The notes below the pieces were generated by a model, which was not told the origin of the DNA, did no database searches, and worked only from the letters and a program-made list of their open reading frames with translations. From Promethearchaeota archaeon (GTDB lineage: Archaea > Asgardarchaeota > Lokiarchaeia > Sigyniarchaeales > SOKP01), in assembly GCA_048940645.1 (NCBI GenBank), contig JBHLOI010000023.1, positions 1-51,087 of the forward strand: 51,087 nt of DNA, read 5' to 3'. The position numbers and the translations under genes were made by a program. Positions 48,797 to 51,087 of this stretch are shown here, piece after piece. Within the stretch, counting starts at the first letter, position 1, and each line of letters opens with the position of its first letter.

Positions 48797-49006
48797 TTAA
48801 ATTCCGCCCGCTATGTGGGGCAACACGATTATTTCATCAGTTTCTCGGATAACTGTATCTTCAGTTGCCTTCTTTCCATTAACTAATATCCCAAAATATT
48901 TTCCTTCTAGGTTTAATTCTTTAAGAAGTTCTCTTACTACCATTCTCTTCTCAGGTTTGAATGTTTCATACAATCCTGTCTCTAATAATTCAGATACCTG
49001 CTTTAT
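48797..49006 (-). CDS. ThiS/MoaD/SAMP-type ubiquitin-like protein ending GG-I (missing from ORF track; start uncertain)
   Basis: KQVSELLETGLYETFKPEKRMVVRELLKELNLEGKYFGILVNGKKATEDTVIRETDEIIVLPHIAGGI*. AGGTG SD points to ATA 49006; nearest canonical start is TTG 48973. Confidence 0.8.
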   Translation of the reverse strand: MKQVSELLETGLYETFKPEKRMVVRELLKELNLEGKYFGILVNGKKATEDTVIRETDEIIVLPHIAGGI

Positions 49007-49322
49007 TTCAACACACCTTAAATTTTTATTTATATCAATACTTTGATTTTAATTAATATTAATAAGATTATTTTAGTATTTAAAGCTATTTCCATAATTT
49101 AAAAAGTGTTTAATCTCAAAATTGTAAAATAGTTTTAGATGAAATTTGAGGATTAATAAGCTAATTAACATTTCAAATAAGAATTTTAAAATTTTTCTAA
49201 AAAACCATGTATTTTTTATGTGTATATTAATTTTTATACATAGAATTTGGCATAAACTAAAGGGTTGATTATAGATCCTCCGAGAAGATAGCTATATAGA
49301 TTATGGAGATTACTTAGAAAAG

Positions 49323-50930
49323 TTGAGTAAGCTTGTAACAAATATAAAGGCTTTAAAAGTCCAAAAAGAGAGAGATAGAAAAATTCAAGAATTGATTGAA
49401 GATTCTATTGAGTATGCTAATGAAATAGTTGGATCTGGAGATTACTTTGAAGCTGGTGAATTTTTATTCACCGCAGCTGAATTATTGGAAGATTTTAATA
49501 ACAATCATTCAAAAAAATTGTATAAATTTTCAATTAAACTATGGGAAAATCAAATAACTACATACAAATTACAGGCAAGATTACATGAAATTGCGGAGAT
49601 TTATCTGAGAATAGCAGATATATATGCAGACAAATTAGATGATTCGAAATTAGAAAGAAAGAATATAATTAATAGTATAGATTTTCTTAAACAAGAAAGT
49701 AAGCTTTTAAAGGAGTTTGATGAAACTAGAAAGTTTGCTCAAAATTATCAGAATATTGCTGAATTATATCTTAAAATTAATGACTTTAAGAGAGCTATAA
49801 AATATTATGATTCTGCTATAGATATATCAAAAGAACACCATTATTATGATTTATCATCATATTCTTACCAGCAAATTTCTTTTTGCTATGAAGAGTTGGA
49901 TGAAATTGATAAGTCTAAAAATATTCTCCAAGAAGCAATTGAGTATTTTAATGCATTATATGAAAGTATTGAAGGAGAAAATGATAATCTTATAATAGCT
50001 CAAATTTGTCAAGTCTTAAAGAAATTATATAAATCAATAGAAGATGAGGATCAATTTATTCATTACTCAAAAAAGGAAGCTGGAGCATATATAAACCTTG
50101 CAGAAAATTTAGAAAAAAGTAAGGAAAATTTTCAAAAAATTGCACGATTTTATCGTGGAGCTGCTTTATGTTATCAAGAAATTAATAATAATCTTATTGA
50201 ATCAGCATCATGCTTTGTATTAGCTGGTAATTACTTAGAAAAAATTGAAGAATATGAAGATGCAGCTACAAATTTTTTCAATGCAGCTGTGACATTTAAA
50301 GAACTGAATAATTTAGAAATGGCCTATAAGCACTATGTAAAAGCTGGTGACGATTATTGGAAAACAGAAAATGTAAATGATTCAACTGAGAGCTATCTTT
50401 ATGCTTATGACATTGCTATAGAGGGACGATTAGAATTTAATAGATTTGGTATTTTTAACCAAATAGTTAGAGGATTAAATATAATTGCGAAAGAAGGATT
50501 AAAGAATAAGGAATTTTATACAGCAGCTACACTTATTTTAGAATCTATTAAATTTTACCAGCAGCTTGATACAGCAAAAGATTTTCTACTTAATGAAATG
50601 ATTAATAATCTTTATAAATATTATTACAAGGCAGCCAATCTCAAACAAATAGGGTATTCTCATATCGTACAATCTTATGTTTTAGCAGCAATCTCTTCAA
50701 TTTTAAATGGTAAAATAAAGAAAGCTCAAAAAATTATATCAGAAATTGAATCCAAAGGGCATACGGTAAAAAAGTATAAGGAAATGGTGCAGTTAATTAT
50801 AGGATGGGTTTCGCAAGGGAAACAAGTTGAATTCCAAGACTTTCCATATGGAATACAAAGAATCATTCAAGGAAGTGAAGAAATAATGTACTTGTTACGG
50901 TTGTTTAAAGGTTTTAAAATCGCCACCTAA
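49323..50930 (+). CDS. TPR protein, alpha-SNAP (NSF attachment protein)-like
   Basis: Repeats such as EAGEFLFTAAELLE, ESASCFVLAGNY, DAATNFFNAAVTFKE. Confidence 0.7.
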   Translation: MSKLVTNIKALKVQKERDRKIQELIEDSIEYANEIVGSGDYFEAGEFLFTAAELLEDFNNNHSKKLYKFSIKLWENQITTYKLQARLHEIAEIYLRIADIYADKLDDSKLERKNIINSIDFLKQESKLLKEFDETRKFAQNYQNIAELYLKINDFKRAIKYYDSAIDISKEHHYYDLSSYSYQQISFCYEELDEIDKSKNILQEAIEYFNALYESIEGENDNLIIAQICQVLKKLYKSIEDEDQFIHYSKKEAGAYINLAENLEKSKENFQKIARFYRGAALCYQEINNNLIESASCFVLAGNYLEKIEEYEDAATNFFNAAVTFKELNNLEMAYKHYVKAGDDYWKTENVNDSTESYLYAYDIAIEGRLEFNRFGIFNQIVRGLNIIAKEGLKNKEFYTAATLILESIKFYQQLDTAKDFLLNEMINNLYKYYYKAANLKQIGYSHIVQSYVLAAISSILNGKIKKAQKIISEIESKGHTVKKYKEMVQLIIGWVSQGKQVEFQDFPYGIQRIIQGSEEIMYLLRLFKGFKIAT

Positions 50931-51087
50931 CAAAATACTAATTTTAACATATAAAGATCACTTAACCTATAAATATATATTTCAAACTCTATGTAATTAT
51001 AAAGCTATACTAACTATTTTAGATCTTCATGATTGAAAGAGGAAAAATTATTTTAAGTTTTGATTTGGATAATACTCTTATTAATAA

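Noticed and set aside
48813-49046. 77-aa plus-strand ORF in the track
   Set aside because: Antisense shadow of the ubiquitin-like gene.
1-51087. CRISPR arrays, IS elements, integrases, rRNA/tRNA
   Set aside because: No regularly spaced repeats, transposase/integrase motifs or recognisable stable RNA genes found by eye.

Overview
AT-rich (roughly 30% GC by eye) archaeal DNA, most likely from an Asgard archaeon of the Lokiarchaeia/Promethearchaeota type. This is inferred from archaeal DtdA, PDOs and TATA-type promoters together with eukaryotic-signature-like proteins: longin-GTPase fusions, a longin/roadblock protein, a V4R protein and an alpha-SNAP-like TPR protein. About 35 kb of the window is a redox, O2-defence and sulfur-handling island: trxB with 2 PDOs, 2 CCG proteins, FTR-glutaredoxin, Isf, a CooS-V-like atypical CODH, an NAD(P)H oxidoreductase-rubredoxin fusion, 2 unannotated rubredoxins, FprA with an acyl-CoA dehydrogenase, superoxide reductase, rubrerythrin and a CoA-persulfide reductase fusion. 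The strongest candidate for a new system is the operon tusA-dsrE-iscS*-iscU. Its IscS has Asp in place of the PLP-binding Lys, and its IscU is fused to a degenerate thioredoxin-reductase NADPH domain, which suggests cysteine-independent Fe-S assembly fed by a persulfide relay. Also found: a shared GAACATGTTC operator, a structured ~175-nt ncRNA candidate, and a ubiquitin-like protein ending GG-I. Five probable genes missing from the ORF track were added. No rRNA, tRNA, CRISPR array or mobile element was seen. All family assignments come from motif recognition by eye, not database searches.
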